From: Octopus vulgaris
Taxonomy: Eukaryota
DNA length: 64,000 nucleotides
Assembly: GCA_951406725.2 (NCBI GenBank)
Contig: OX597843.1
Coordinates: forward strand, 7,626,001-7,690,000
Reading direction: 5' to 3'
In this document: piece by piece, positions 50,812 to 63,267 of the stretch
Numbering within the stretch: the first letter of the stretch is position 1
Layout: each line of letters starts with the position of its first letter
Notes under the pieces: generated by a model
Database searches by the model: none
What the model saw: only the letters and a program-made list of their open reading frames with translations
Told to the model about the DNA's origin: nothing
Translations under genes and position numbers: made by a program

Positions 50812-53800
50812 GTCACCGTGACCTCGGGTCATCACCATGAATTGACCAATCAGAAGCAGCGCTGTCACCGTGACCTCGGGTCATAGCCGTGGATTGACCA
50901 ATCAGAAGCAGCGCTGTCACCGTGACCTCGGGTCATCACCATGGATTGACCAATCAGAAGCAGCGCTGTCACCGTGACCTCGGGTCATCACCATGGATTG
51001 ACCAATCAGAAGCAGCGCTGTCACCGTGACCTCTGGTCATCACCATAGATTGACCAATCAGAAGCAGCGCTGTCACCGTGACCCGGGTCATCACCATGAA
51101 TTGACCAATCAGAAGCAGCGCTGTCACCGTGACCTCGGGTCATCACCATGGATTGACCAATCAGAAGCAGCGCTGTCACCGTTACCTCGGTCATCACCAT
51201 GGATTGACCAATCAGAAGCAGCGCTGTAACGCAATCGTGACCTCGGTCATCACCATGGATTGACCAATCAGAAGCAGCGCTCGTAACCGTGACCTCGGGT
51301 CATCACCATGGATTGACCAATCAGAAGCAGCGCTGTCACCGTGACCTCGGGTCATCACCATGGATTGACCAATCAGAAGCAGCGCTGTCACCGTGACCTC
51401 GGGTCATCACCATGAATTGACCAATCAGAAGCAGCGCTGTCACTGTGACCCTCGAGTCATCACCATGGATTGACCAATCAGAAGCAGCGCTGTCACCGTG
51501 ACCTCGGGTCATCACCATGAATTGACCAATCAGAAGCAGCGCTGTCACCGTGACCTCGGGTCATCACCATGAATTGACCAATCAGAAGCAGCGCTGTCAC
51601 CGTGACCTCGGGTCATCACCGTGGATTGACCAATCAGAAGCAGCGCTGTAACCGTGACCTTTGGTCATCACCATGGATTGACCAATCAGAAGCAGCGCTG
51701 TCACCGTGAGCTCGGGTCATCACCATCAATTGACCAATCAGAAGCAGCGCTGTCACCAGACCTTGGGTCATCACCATGAATTGACCAATCAGAAGCAGCG
51801 CTGTCACCGTGACCTCGGGTCATCACCATGGATTGACCAATCAGAAGCAGCGCTGTCACCGTGACCTCGGGTCATCACCATGGATTGACCAATCAGAAGC
51901 AGCGCTGTCACCGTGACCTCGGGTCATCACCATGAATTGACCAATCAGAAGCAGCGCTGTCACCGTGTCCTCGGGTCATCACCATGGATTGACCAATCAG
52001 AAGCAGCGTTGTCACCGTTACCTCTGGGTCATCACCATGGATTGACCAATCAGAAGCAGCGCTGTAACCGTGACCTCGGGTCATCACCATGGATTGACCA
52101 ATCAGAAGCAGCGCTGTAACTGTGACCTCGGGTCATCACCATGGATTGACCAATCAGAAGCAGCAGTTGTCACCGTGACCTCCGGTCATCACCATGGATT
52201 GACCAATCAGAAGCAGCGCTGTCACCGTGACCTCGGGTCATCACCATGGATTGACCAATCAGAAGCAGCGCTGTCACCGTGACCTCGGGTCATCACCATG
52301 GATTGACCAATCAGAAGCAGCGCGTCACCGTGATCTCGGGTCATCACCATGGATTGACCAATCAGAAGCAGCGCTGTTACCGTGACCTCGGGTCATCACC
52401 ATGAATTGACCAATCAGAAGCAGCGCTGTCACTGTGACCTCGAGTCATCACCATGGATTGACCAATCAGAAGCAGCGCTGTCACCGTGACCTCGGGTCAT
52501 CACCATGAATTGACCAATCAGAAGCAGCGCTGTCACCGTGACCTCGGGTCATCACCATGAATTGACCAATCAGAAGCAGCGCTGTCACCGTGACCCGGGT
52601 CATCACCATGGATTGACCAATCAGAAGCAGCGCTGTAACCGTGACCTCGGGTCATCACCATGGATTGACCAATCAGAAGCAGCGCTGTCACCGTGAGCTC
52701 GGTCATCACCATCAATTGACCAATCAGAAGCAGCGCTGTCACCGTGACCTTGGGTCATCACCATGAATTGACCAATCAGAAGCAGCGCTGTCACCGTGAC
52801 CTCGGGTCATCACCATGAATTGACCAATCAGAAGCAGCGCTGTCACCGTGACCTCGGGTCATCACCATGAATTGACCAATCAGAAGCAGCGCTGTCACCG
52901 TGACCTCGGTCATCACCATGGATTGACCAATCAGAAGCAGCGCTGTAACCGTGACCTCGGGTCATCACCATGGATTGACCAATCAGAAGCAGCGCTGTCA
53001 CCGTGACCTGGGTCATCACCATGAATTGACCAATCAGAAGCAGCGCTGTCAACGTAACCTCGGGTCATCACCATGGATTGACAAATCAGAAGCAGCGCTG
53101 TCACCGTGACCTCGGGTCATCACCGTGGATTGACCAATCAGAAGCAGCGCTGTAACCGTGACCTCGGGTCATCACCATGGATTGACCAATCAGAAGCAGC
53201 GCTGTCACCGTGACCTCGGGTCATCACCATGGATTGACCAATGAGAAGCAGCGCTGTCACCGTGACCTCGGGTCATCACCATGAATTGACCAATCAGAAG
53301 CAGCGCTGTCACCGTGACCTCGGGTCATCACTATAAATACATACAGAAGCAGCGCTGTCACCGTGACCTCGGGTCATCACCATGGATTGACCAATCAGAA
53401 GCAGCGCTGTCACCGTGACCTCCGGTCATCACCATGGATTGACCAATCAGAAGCAGCGCTGTCACCGTGACCTCGGGTCATCACCATGGATTGACCAATC
53501 AGAAGCAGCGCTGTCACCGTGACCTCTGGTCATCACCATGGATTGACCAATCAGAAGCAGCGCTGTCATCAGACCTCCGGTCATCACCATGGATTGACCA
53601 ATGAGAAGCAGCGCTGTCACCGTGACCTCGGGTCATCACCATGGATTGACCAATCAGAAGCAGCGCTGTCACCGTGACCTCGGGTCATCACCATGGATTG
53701 ACCAATCAGAAGCAGCGCTTTCACCGTGACCTCGGGTCATCACTATAAATTGACCAATCAGAAGCAGCGCTGTCACCGTGACCTCGGGTCATCACCATGG

Positions 53801-54340
53801 ATTGACCAATCAGAAGCAGCGCTGTCACCGGACCTCGGGTCATCACCATGGATTGACCAATCAGAAGCAGCGCTGTCACCGTGACCTCCGGTCATCACCA
53901 TGGATTGACCAATCAGAAGCAGCGCCGTCACCGTGACCTCGGGTCATCACCATGGATTGACCAATCAGAAGCAGCGCTGTCACCGTGACCTTCGGGTCAT
54001 CACCATGGATTGACCAATGAGAAGCAGCACTGTAACCGTGACCTCGGGTCATCACCATGAATTGACCAATCAGAAGCAGCGCTTTCACTGTGACCTCGGG
54101 TCATCACTATAAATTGACCAATCAGAAGCAGCGCTGTCACCGTGACCTCGGGTCATCACCATGGATTGACCAATCAGAAGCAGCGCTGTCACCGTGACCT
54201 GGTCATCACCATGGATTGACCAATCAGAAGCAGCGCTGTCACCGTGACCTCGGGTCATCACCATGAATTGACCAATCAGAAGCAGCGCTGTCACCGTGAC
54301 CTCGGGTCATCACCATGGATTGACCAATCAGAAGCAGCGC
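50812..54340. repeat. 52-bp minisatellite, ~68 copies
   Basis: Unit CTGTCACCGTGACCTCGGGTCATCACCATGGATTGACCAATCAGAAGCAGCG. Confidence 0.97.
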
Positions 54341-54399
54341 TCGCAGTCTCTGACATATGTTAGGTAGCAAAAATATCTCAAAGTGTTCTCACTCACATG

Positions 54400-54650
54400 T
54401 GTGTAATAAATATATGATTTGCCTTCTACTGCAAATTTAAGGAATATTGTTACTTCTTTTCGTAGTTCATTAACCGTGTCCAAGCATGTTCCCCTCTGAT
54501 AGCCGTCGTACGTTCGTGTGGAAAAACAATGCTTCATGTTCAGATGCCGTATCTCTCACAACAGCGTAAAAAAGACGACTGTTTAAGCCGCCACCTTTAA
54601 CAAAGTTGAAAACCTTGAAACAACTTTAAGAACATTTCCCATTTCAATTT
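54400..54650 (-). pseudogene. hAT (Buster/Charlie-like) transposase remnant
   Basis: Frame-broken SRLF..., RDTASEHEALFFHTNVRRLSEGNML, VNELRKEVTIFL, resembling the H.EVRWLS.G..L motif. Confidence 0.7.
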
Positions 54651-54712
54651 GCTTCGATGAAAAGATGTGTGATAAATTGTCGTTTGATTTTAAAATAATA
54701 ATAATTATGAAA

Positions 54713-56670
54713 TTATTGTATACAGTGCTCAGGTGCACCACAACTTGTCAGAAAGTGCATATAAAGTACATGCAGTAATGTAGAAATGTCTGGAAAGTGA
54801 ACAATGTATGAGTCAGATACATGCTTGTGTGTGTATGGAGCGGAGAAAATCAAGTGTAGTGTTGGCGAATCTCAGGAAGCATGGAAGTTTTGAAGGATGC
54901 AGTGCTCTGACAACCAACAACTGATGCCGGCAGTTTGTTCCATGCTTCAGCGTGTGTATGGTGGGGAGAAAATCAGGTGTAGTGTTGGCGAATCTCAGGA
55001 AGCATGGAAGTTTTGAAGGATGCAGTGCTCCGACAACTAACAACTGATGCCGGCAGTTTGTTCCATGCTCCAGCGTGTGTATGGAGCGGAGAAGATCAGG
55101 TGTAGTGTTGGCGAATCTCAGGAAGCATGGAAGTTTTGAAGGATGCAGTGCTCCGACAACTAACAACTGATGCCGGCAGTTTGTTCCATGCTTCAGCGTG
55201 TGTATGGAGCGGAGAAGATCAGGTGTAGTGTTGGCGAATCTCAGGAAGCATGGAAGTTTTGAAGGATGCAGTGCTCCGACAACTAACAACTGATGCCGGC
55301 AGTTTGTTCCATGCTCAGCGTGTGTATGGAGGGGAGAAGATCAGGTGTAGTGTTGGCGAATCTCAGGAAGCATGGAAGTTTTGAAGGATGCAGTGCTCCG
55401 ACAACTAACAACTGATGCCGGCAGTTTGTTCCATGCTTCAGCGTGTGTATGGTGGGGAGAAAATCAGGTGTAGTGTTGGCGAATCTCAGGAAGCATGGAA
55501 GTTTTGAAGGATGCAGTGCTCCGACAACTAACAACTGATGCCGGCAGTTTGTTCCATGCTCCAGCGTGTGTGTATGGAGGGGAGGAGATCAGGTGTAGTG
55601 TTGGCGAATCTCAGGAAGCATGGAAGTTTTGAAGGATGCAGTGCTCCGACAACTAACAACTGATGCCGGCAGTTTGTTCCATGCTTCAGCGTGTGTATGG
55701 TGGGGGAAAATCAGGTGTAGTGTTGGCGAATCTCAGGAAGCATGGAAGTTTTGAAGGATGCAGTGCTCCGACAACTAACAACTGATGCCGGAAGTTTTTT
55801 CCATGCTTCAGCAACTCTCAGCGTGAAAATGTTTCCTGAAGTCATGGGAGCTGTGCTGTTTTCTGACTTTGTAAATATGTCCACAGGTGTTAGATGGTTG
55901 GAGTTTGAAAAGGTGCTCAGAGTTATTGTTTGTACGATGGTTGATAATTTTATGGGTGTCTGCCAAGTCAGCTGCCAGACGTCGGAGTTTCAATGTGTTC
56001 ATGCCCAGGGAAGTAAGGTGTTCAGAATATGGCAAATGCCTGATGGAGGGTATTCTCTTGGATGTCAGATACATGCCTGCGTATGTATGGAGGGGAGAAA
56101 ATCAAGTGTAGTGTTGGCGAATCTCAGGAAGCATGGAAGTTTTGAAGGATGCAGTGCTCCGACAACTAACAACCGATGCCGGCAGTTTGTTCCATGCTTC
56201 AGCGTGTGTATGGTGGGGGGAGAAAATCAGGTGTAGTGTTGGCGAATCTCAGGAAGCATGGAAGTTTTGAAGGATGCAGTGCTCTAGACAACCAACAACT
56301 GATGCCGGCAGTTTGTTCCATGCTTCAGCGTGTGTATGGAGGGGATGAGATCAGGTGTAGTGTTGGCGAATCTCAGGAAGCATGGAAGTTTTGAAGGATG
56401 CAGTGCTCCGACAACTAACAACTGATGCCGGCAGTTTTTTCCATGCTTCAGCAACTCTCAGCGGGAAAAAATGTTTCCTGAAGTCATGGGAGCTGTGCTG
56501 TTTTCTGACTTTGTAAATATGTCCACGGGTGTTAGATGGTTGGAGTTTGAAAAGGTGCTCAGAGTTATTGTTTGTACGATGGTTGATAATTTTATGGGTG
56601 TCTGCCAAGTCAGCTGCCAGACGTCGGAGTTTCAATGTGTCCATGCCCAGGGGAGTAAGGTGTTCAGGAT
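54713..56670 (-). mobile_element. CR1-type LINE 3' ends with a ~121-bp tail segment tandemly amplified
   Basis: Translates to LRRLAADLADTHKII...TRGHIYKVRKQ...RKHFF.LRVAEAW.KLPASVV. Confidence 0.85.
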
Positions 56671-56969
56671 AAAATGTTTTGGTATCACTTACTACATATG
56701 AAATAAAATAACAGAAATAAATTAGAAGAAACAATTGAAAATCGCTATTAATACGAGATGTAAATTACCATAGAAAATACGATAAAGGGTTGCCTTGTCT
56801 ATACATCTCTAGCCAATCATGCAAATTGTCTTTTCCATTTGAGTTGTTTGCAGTCCATTCCGATCGGATACGTAACCTTCATTGTTGCATCTGCAGGGAA
56901 GAGTATATACACAAAAATAGATTTATGCCTGTAAATGTGTGTACACACACACACACACACAGACACACA

Positions 56970-57069
<100 letters not shown>

Positions 57070-57462
57070 TTATTTGAGGGAATAAAATCCAAACTTACAA
57101 AGAAAAAGAATTCAATTAAGAAATACTAAATCAAATTACACACAATATGATATATATATAAAATATTCGAAGAAAACCCACCTTTTTTCAATTCAAAATG
57201 AATAATTAAATTACACCATCTAGAAAATTACATATAATAGAAAAGTTAAAATTAAAATAACAAAAAATGTAGAGATTAAGTAAATTGCAAAAATAATAAT
57301 AAATAATATATATAATAGGTATATTATATACATTTTTATTATTATTTTTTGCAATTTACTTAATCTCTACATTTTATTGTTATTTTAATTTTAACTTTTC
57401 TATTATATGTAATTTTCTAGATATATATGTTCATTTTGAATTATAAGAGGTGTTTTTTTTTC

Positions 57463-57515
<53 letters not shown>

Positions 57516-57537
57516 CGGGAAGGTTTACGAAAATAGG

Positions 57538-58959
57538 CAGGTGGAGTTGGACAAATAATGGAAACACCTAGCATCATAGCATCATAATTTTGAAATATCT
57601 ATAAAACATAGCATGTCAAAAGCTTGTTTATTTTTATGTTTTTTTATTTATTATTAGTGTTGCTTAATATGTTTTGCTAAAATTGCTGTTTCTTTTCAGA
57701 TATCATCAGAAAAAGGTAATTAAAATTCATTAAAATGACAGATCTATCGACTTTCAAAGAGGTCAAATTGTTGGTGCTCGTATGGCAGGCGCTAGCGTAA
57801 CGAAAACAGCCGAAATGTTTGGTGTATCAAGAAGTACTGTCTCGAAAGTAATGACAGCCTTTGAGAAAGAGGGAAAAACCTCCTCGTCGAAACAAAACTC
57901 CGGAAGAAAACCAAAACTTTCAGATAGGGACCGTCGGACTCTTACGCGAATTGTTAGAAAGGATCACAAAAGTACAGCTCCCAAAATTACTACAGAGCTT
58001 AATGACCACCTCGAGAACCCAGTTTCCACAAAAACTGTTCGCCGGGAGCTGCACAAACCGGGATTTCACGGGAGGGCTGCAATCAGAAAACCACTACTTT
58101 CAAAAACAAACTTTGCAAAGCATTTAGAGTGAAGTAAAAACCTAACATGCAGTGGAAGAATATTATTTTCTCAGACGAGTCATCCTTTACCTTATTTCGA
58201 CCACTGGGCAAGTATACGCGCGGAGAGAGCCAAAAGAAGCATTTGACCCAGACTGCATTCTTCTAACTGTTAAACATGGAGGAGGATCTGTGATGATCTG
58301 GGGGTTATATTTTGGAAATCCGCCAGCCCAATGGTTTCGTTTCATGGCAGGATTAATAATCAAGACTCTTTTAACATTTTATCTGATCAAATTTATCCTA
58401 TGGTTGTGGAACTGTTTCCGGCGGGAAATAATTTTCAGAATGATCCAATGCACCAATTCACACAGCTAAAGTTGTTACTGAATGGCACGAAGAACATTCT
58501 AGTGAAGTCGAACATCTTATCTTCTGGCCACCACAGTCCCCAGATCCCAATATTATTGAACTTTTATGGTGCATTTTAGGAGTGGCTGTGTGGTAAGTAG
58601 CTTGCTAACCAACCACATGTTTCCGGGTTCAGTCCCACTGCATGGCACCTTGGGCAAGTGTCTTCTGCTATGGTCCCGGGCCGACCAATGCCTTGTGAGT
58701 GGATTTTGTTGATTTTTTTGAAACTGAAAGAAGCCTGTCGTATATATATATATATATATATATTTATTATATAGAAGGAGCTTTTACAGGACTAGTACTG
58801 TTTCATTCAAGAGAAATCTTCAGGAAGCTTCCTGAAGATTTCTCTTGAATGAAACAGTACTAGTCCTGTAGAAGCTCCTTCTATATAATAAATTAATTTT
58901 ACTCTGCTATGTATTGAGTACCTTACTTACTGTGGTTAACCCCGAATCAACCCGGGACC

Positions 58960-59026
<67 letters not shown>

Positions 59027-59255
59027 TTGTGTGTCTGTGTTTGTCCCTCTAGCATTGCTTGACAACCGATGCTGGTGTGTTTACGTCCCCGTCACTTAGC
59101 GGTTCGGCAAAAGAGACCGATAGAATAAGTACTGGGCTTACAAAAGAATAAGTCCCGGGGTCGATTTGCTCGACTAAAGGCAGTGCTCCAGCATGGCCGC
59201 AGTCAAATGACTGAAACAAGTAAAAGAGAGAGTCGATATCCTCCACCATCATCAA
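57538..59255 (+). mobile_element. Degenerate Tc1-like transposon (transposase ~57735-58580, with stops and frameshifts), interrupted by a SINE
   Basis: TIR-like CAGGTGGAGTTGGACAAATAATGGAAACACC; HTH region, GRKPKLS, VKHGGGSVMIWG and WPPQSPD motifs; SRYPPPSS resumes after the SINE at ~59231. Confidence 0.9.
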
Positions 59256-59772
59256 TAGATAATCTCTAAATACTGTAAATTTAAAACAAATTAATTTCAA
59301 TTTACCGTCATAAAAAATGTAACCACCGGATGTAAGCACTCCGTCGGTAACGACGACGAGGGTTCCGGTTGATCTGAATCAACGGAACAGCCTGCTCGTG
59401 AAATTAACGTGTAAGTGGCTGAGCACTCCACAGAGACGTGTACCCTTAACGTAGTTCTCGAGGATATTCAGCGTGACACAGAGAGTGACAAGGCCGGCCC
59501 CTTTGAGATACAGGTACAACAGAAACAGGAAGTAAGAGTGAGAGAAAGTTGCGGCCAAAGAGTACAGCAAGGATCACCACCATCCCCTGCCGGAGCCTCG
59601 TGGAGCTTTAGGTGTTTTCGCTCAATAAACACTCACAACGCCCGGTCTGGGAATCGAAACCGCGATCCTACCACCGCGAGTCCGCTGCCCTAACCACTGG
59701 GCCATTGCACCTCCACTATATAACCACTACAATCATTATCAACAATGTATTAGAAAAAGAAATGTTTCTCAC

Positions 59773-59931
59773 CAGAATAATTACTGTAAATTTCTACTGT
59801 ATTAAATCTGTATATGTTCCTAAATCGTATTTTCATTGGAGGTTTCACTTCCTTTTTGTTATCAGAGGAAAACAGATACGAATGCTTGTTTGTCTTACTA
59901 GACTCATTCTTTATGAATTCATGATATTTCC
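59773..59931 (-). CDS. RPTP exon: divergent galactose-binding/F-type-lectin-like segment (KYHEFIKNESSKTNKHSYLFSSDNKKEVKPPMKIRFRNIYRFNTVEIYSNYS)
   Basis: Acceptor tctatacag, donor GTGAG, 159 bp open in phase 1-1. Its C-terminus loosely parallels VTFDKPYMISQLRIY of the clear lectin exon. Confidence 0.7.
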
Positions 59932-59979
59932 CTGTATAGAAAGAAAAAAATTATTTTAGATTACTAAACTGAAAAATTG

Positions 59980-61520
59980 GAGAACGACAGACGAAATACC
60001 TATTTCTTTACTACCCACAAGGGGCTAAACACAGAGAGGACAAACAAGAACAGACAAATGGATTAAGTCGATTATATCGACTCCAGTGCGTAACTGGTAC
60101 TTAATTTATCGACCTCGAAAGGATGAAAGGTAAAGTCGACCTCGGCGGAATTTGAACTCACAACGTAACGGCAGACGAAATACCTATTTCTTTACCTACC
60201 CACAAGGCTAAAACACAGAGAGGACAAACAAGAACAGACAAATGGATTAAGTCGATTATATCGACCCCAGTGCGTAACTGGTAGTTATTTAATCGACCCC
60301 AAAAGGATGAAAGGTAAAGTCGACCTCGGCGGAATTTGAACTCAGAACGTAGCAGCAGACAAAATACCTATTTCTTTACTACCCACAAGGGGCTTAACAC
60401 AAAAAGGACAAACAAGAACAGACAAATGGATTAATTCGATTATATCGAACCCAGTACGTAACTGGTACTTAATTTATCGACCTCGAAAGGATGAAAGGCA
60501 AAGTCGACCTCGGCGGAATTTGAACTCACAACGTAACGGCAGACAAAATACCTATTTCTTTACTACCCACAAGGGGCTAAACACAAAAAGGAAAAATAAG
60601 GACAGACAAATGGATTAAGTCGATTATATCGACCCCAGTGCGAAACTGGTACTTAATTTATCGACCTCGAAAGGATGAAAGGCAAAGTCGACCTCGGCGG
60701 AATTTGAACTCACAACGTAACGGCAGACAAAATACCTATTTCTTTACTACCCACAAGGGGCTAAACACAGAGAGGACAAACAAGAACAGACAAATGGATT
60801 AAGTCGATTATATCGACCCCAGTGCGTAACTGGTACTTAATTTATCGACCTCGAAAGGATGAAAGGCAAAGTCGACCTCGGCGGAATTTGAACTCACAAC
60901 GTAACGGCAGACAAAATACCTATTTCTTTACTACCCACAAGGGGCTAAACACAGAGAGGACAAACAAGAACAGACAAATGGATTAAGTCGATTATATCGA
61001 CCCCAGTGCGTAACTGGTACTTAATTTATCGACCTCGAAAGGATGAAAGGCAAAGTCGACCTCGGCGGAATTTGAACTCACAACGTAACGGCAGACAAAA
61101 TACCTATTTCTTTACTACCCACAAGGGGCTAAACACAGAGAGGACAAACAAGAACAGACAAATGGATTAAGTCGATTATATCGACCCCAGTGCGTAACTG
61201 GTACTTAATTTATCGACCTCGAAAGGATGAAAGGCAAAGTCGACCTCGGCGGAATTTGAACTCACAACGTAACGGCAGACAAAATACCTATTTCTTTACT
61301 ACCCACAAGGGGCTAAACACAGAGAGGACAAACAATGACAGACAAACGGATTAAGTCGATTATATCGACCCCAGTGCGGAACTGGTACTTATCTAATCGA
61401 CCCGGAAAGGATGAAAGGCAAAGTCGACCTCGGCGGAATTTGAACTCAGAACGTAGCGGCAGACGAAATACCCCTAAGCATTTCACCCGGCGTGCTAACT
61501 TTTCTGCCAGCTCGCAGCCT
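59980..61520 (-). repeat. Tandem array (~8 copies, ~187 bp) of SINE family D
   Basis: Same unit as the 14670-16055 array, ending in a full SINE head. Confidence 0.88.
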
Positions 61521-61821
61521 TTTAATTCTGATTTAGTTAAACCGTTATTTTATGAAAACCGTTTTATAAATGCAACACGGTCCTGTCTATCTGCAAACTT
61601 GTGCATTAATGAAGTATTTGGGGGCGGGCTCCATTTTTCTATATACAGAAGGCCTTAATATTTTTCCATGTCGTACTTAAAATTTCGATTTAGTCATCAG
61701 AATTAAAATGTTTGGAATGAAAGTTAAGCGTTAAACAATTGTATTTATCATCAGAAATACATAACTTTCGGTCAGCCCAGGTTTCAGGAAATTGTAATTT
61801 AAACAGAATATATAATCTTCA

Positions 61822-62262
61822 AGCATTAATAAATCTCCGAACGAGAAATAAACAGTAACCGCTCGACAACGTAAAGTGTACTAGCCATCTGAATGTGGCT
61901 AGCCACTGGGGGTGGGTGTTACTGACGCTTTTAGCCCCAGGAGATCGACGTCTCCAGCTGGCTTTAGACACAATTTCTGTGCCCTTATGATATTTGCAAA
62001 GGGAGGTCATCCTCCCTCGAAAACCTAAGTGATACATACGGACTATAGTTTTGAGGTTTTTGCCTCTCGTCAACGTATGGTAAACACCGGTTTTCGATGA
62101 AGGAGACCTGTTTGCGAATAACTATTTAATGTTTTTCCCAGCAACCACAGTCACTGATTTAGGAAAACTGTCTGAAAGCATTGTCGATCTCCTGGGGCTA
62201 AAAGCGTCAGTAACACCCACCCCCAGTGGCTAGCCACATTCAGATGGCTAGTACACTTTACG
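61822..62262. mobile_element. Fold-back element with 80-bp inverted arms, an internal hammerhead fold and a 12-bp TSD
   Basis: Arms at 61870-61949 and 62183-62262; ATATAATCTTCA at 61810-61821 and 62263-62274. Confidence 0.75.
62035..62079 (-). ncRNA. Degenerate type I hammerhead ribozyme fold
   Basis: Minus strand reads CATACG TTGACGA GAGG-CAAAAA-CCTC AAAAC-TATA-GTC CGTATG. Stems I-III pair; G12 is replaced by A and C3 by U. Confidence 0.6.
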
Positions 62263-62854
62263 ATATAATCTTCAGCAATCCTGCTAATATTTTACTCACG
62301 TGCATTGTTTACATTATTTACATTATTTACATTCAACAGATATTTGCCCTCATCTTGTTTATTGTTAACATAACGTTTCGGCTGATATAACCTCCAGCCT
62401 TCTTCAGGTGTCTTGGGGGAAATTTCGAACCTGGGTTCTCATTTCAAGACACCTGAAGGAGGCTGGAGGGTATATCAGCCGAAACGTTATGTTAACAACA
62501 AACAAGATGAGAGCAAATATCTCTCTTTTACTCTTTACTCTTTTAGTTGTTTCAGTCATTTGACTGCGGCCATGCTGGAGCACCGCCTTTTTTTTAGTCG
62601 AGCAAATCGACCCCGGGACTTATTCTTTGTAAGCCCAGTACTTATTCTATTGGTCTCTTTTGCCGAACCGCTAAGTGACGGGGACATAAACACACCAGCA
62701 TCGGTTGTCAAGCAATGCTAGGGGGACAAACACAGACACACAAACATATACACACACAAACATACATATATATATACATATATAAATAATGTAAATAATG
62801 TAGATAATGCACACAATTCCTCATCTCTTAAATATAGAACTGTATTTTACTTAC

Positions 62855-63007
62855 GTGTTTGGCAATATGGCTCTTTATATCCAGGTAAGCATCCTCCTTT
62901 ACATTTACTATGGATCCGGAAACGACAGTTACTAATGTTTTTACAGTGACACTGGAACTTTTGGTCTTTTCCAAATAAGTCAGCTCCTTTATGGTTTTCA
63001 CAACCCT
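62855..63007 (-). CDS. RPTP exon: Cys-rich EGF-like repeat (GCENHKGADLFGKDQKFQCHCKNISNCRFRIHSKCKGGCLPGYKEPYCQT)
   Basis: Acceptor ttctaaag, donor GTAAGT, 153 bp, phase 1-1, CHC...C..GC.PGY..PYCQ pattern. Confidence 0.85.
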
Positions 63008-63267
63008 CTTTAGAAAGATAAAATACCAACAATATCACAAAACTTCTTTCAACAATTCACGAAATTTATTTTGTTAATATTAATGAATATCTAAGATATA
63101 CAAACGTCTTTAGATGAACATAGGGTGAAGATTCATACCTTATAAAGAACAATCTCAATGATGAGAAATAAATCAATCTACAATTGCAGCGTGGAAGGTG
63201 TTTGTAAGCCATTTAAGAAACACACAAAAGCCGTTCGATTCACTTCAACATTTAAGTTTAATTTGTC

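Noticed and set aside
50812-54340. CRISPR-like regular array
   Set aside because: No unique spacers, contiguous tandem units, eukaryotic context and no cas genes.
54397-54537. Possible lectin-like exon (TYDG...TCLDT...EVTIFL, GTGAGT donor)
   Set aside because: The overlapping frame gives hAT transposase motifs, and the donor phase (0) does not fit the phase-1 neighbours.
59231-59273. Possible exon start VFRDYLLMMVEDID after a good acceptor
   Set aside because: The plus strand is the Tc1 transposase continuation (SRYPPPSS) after the SINE insertion, and there is no donor.
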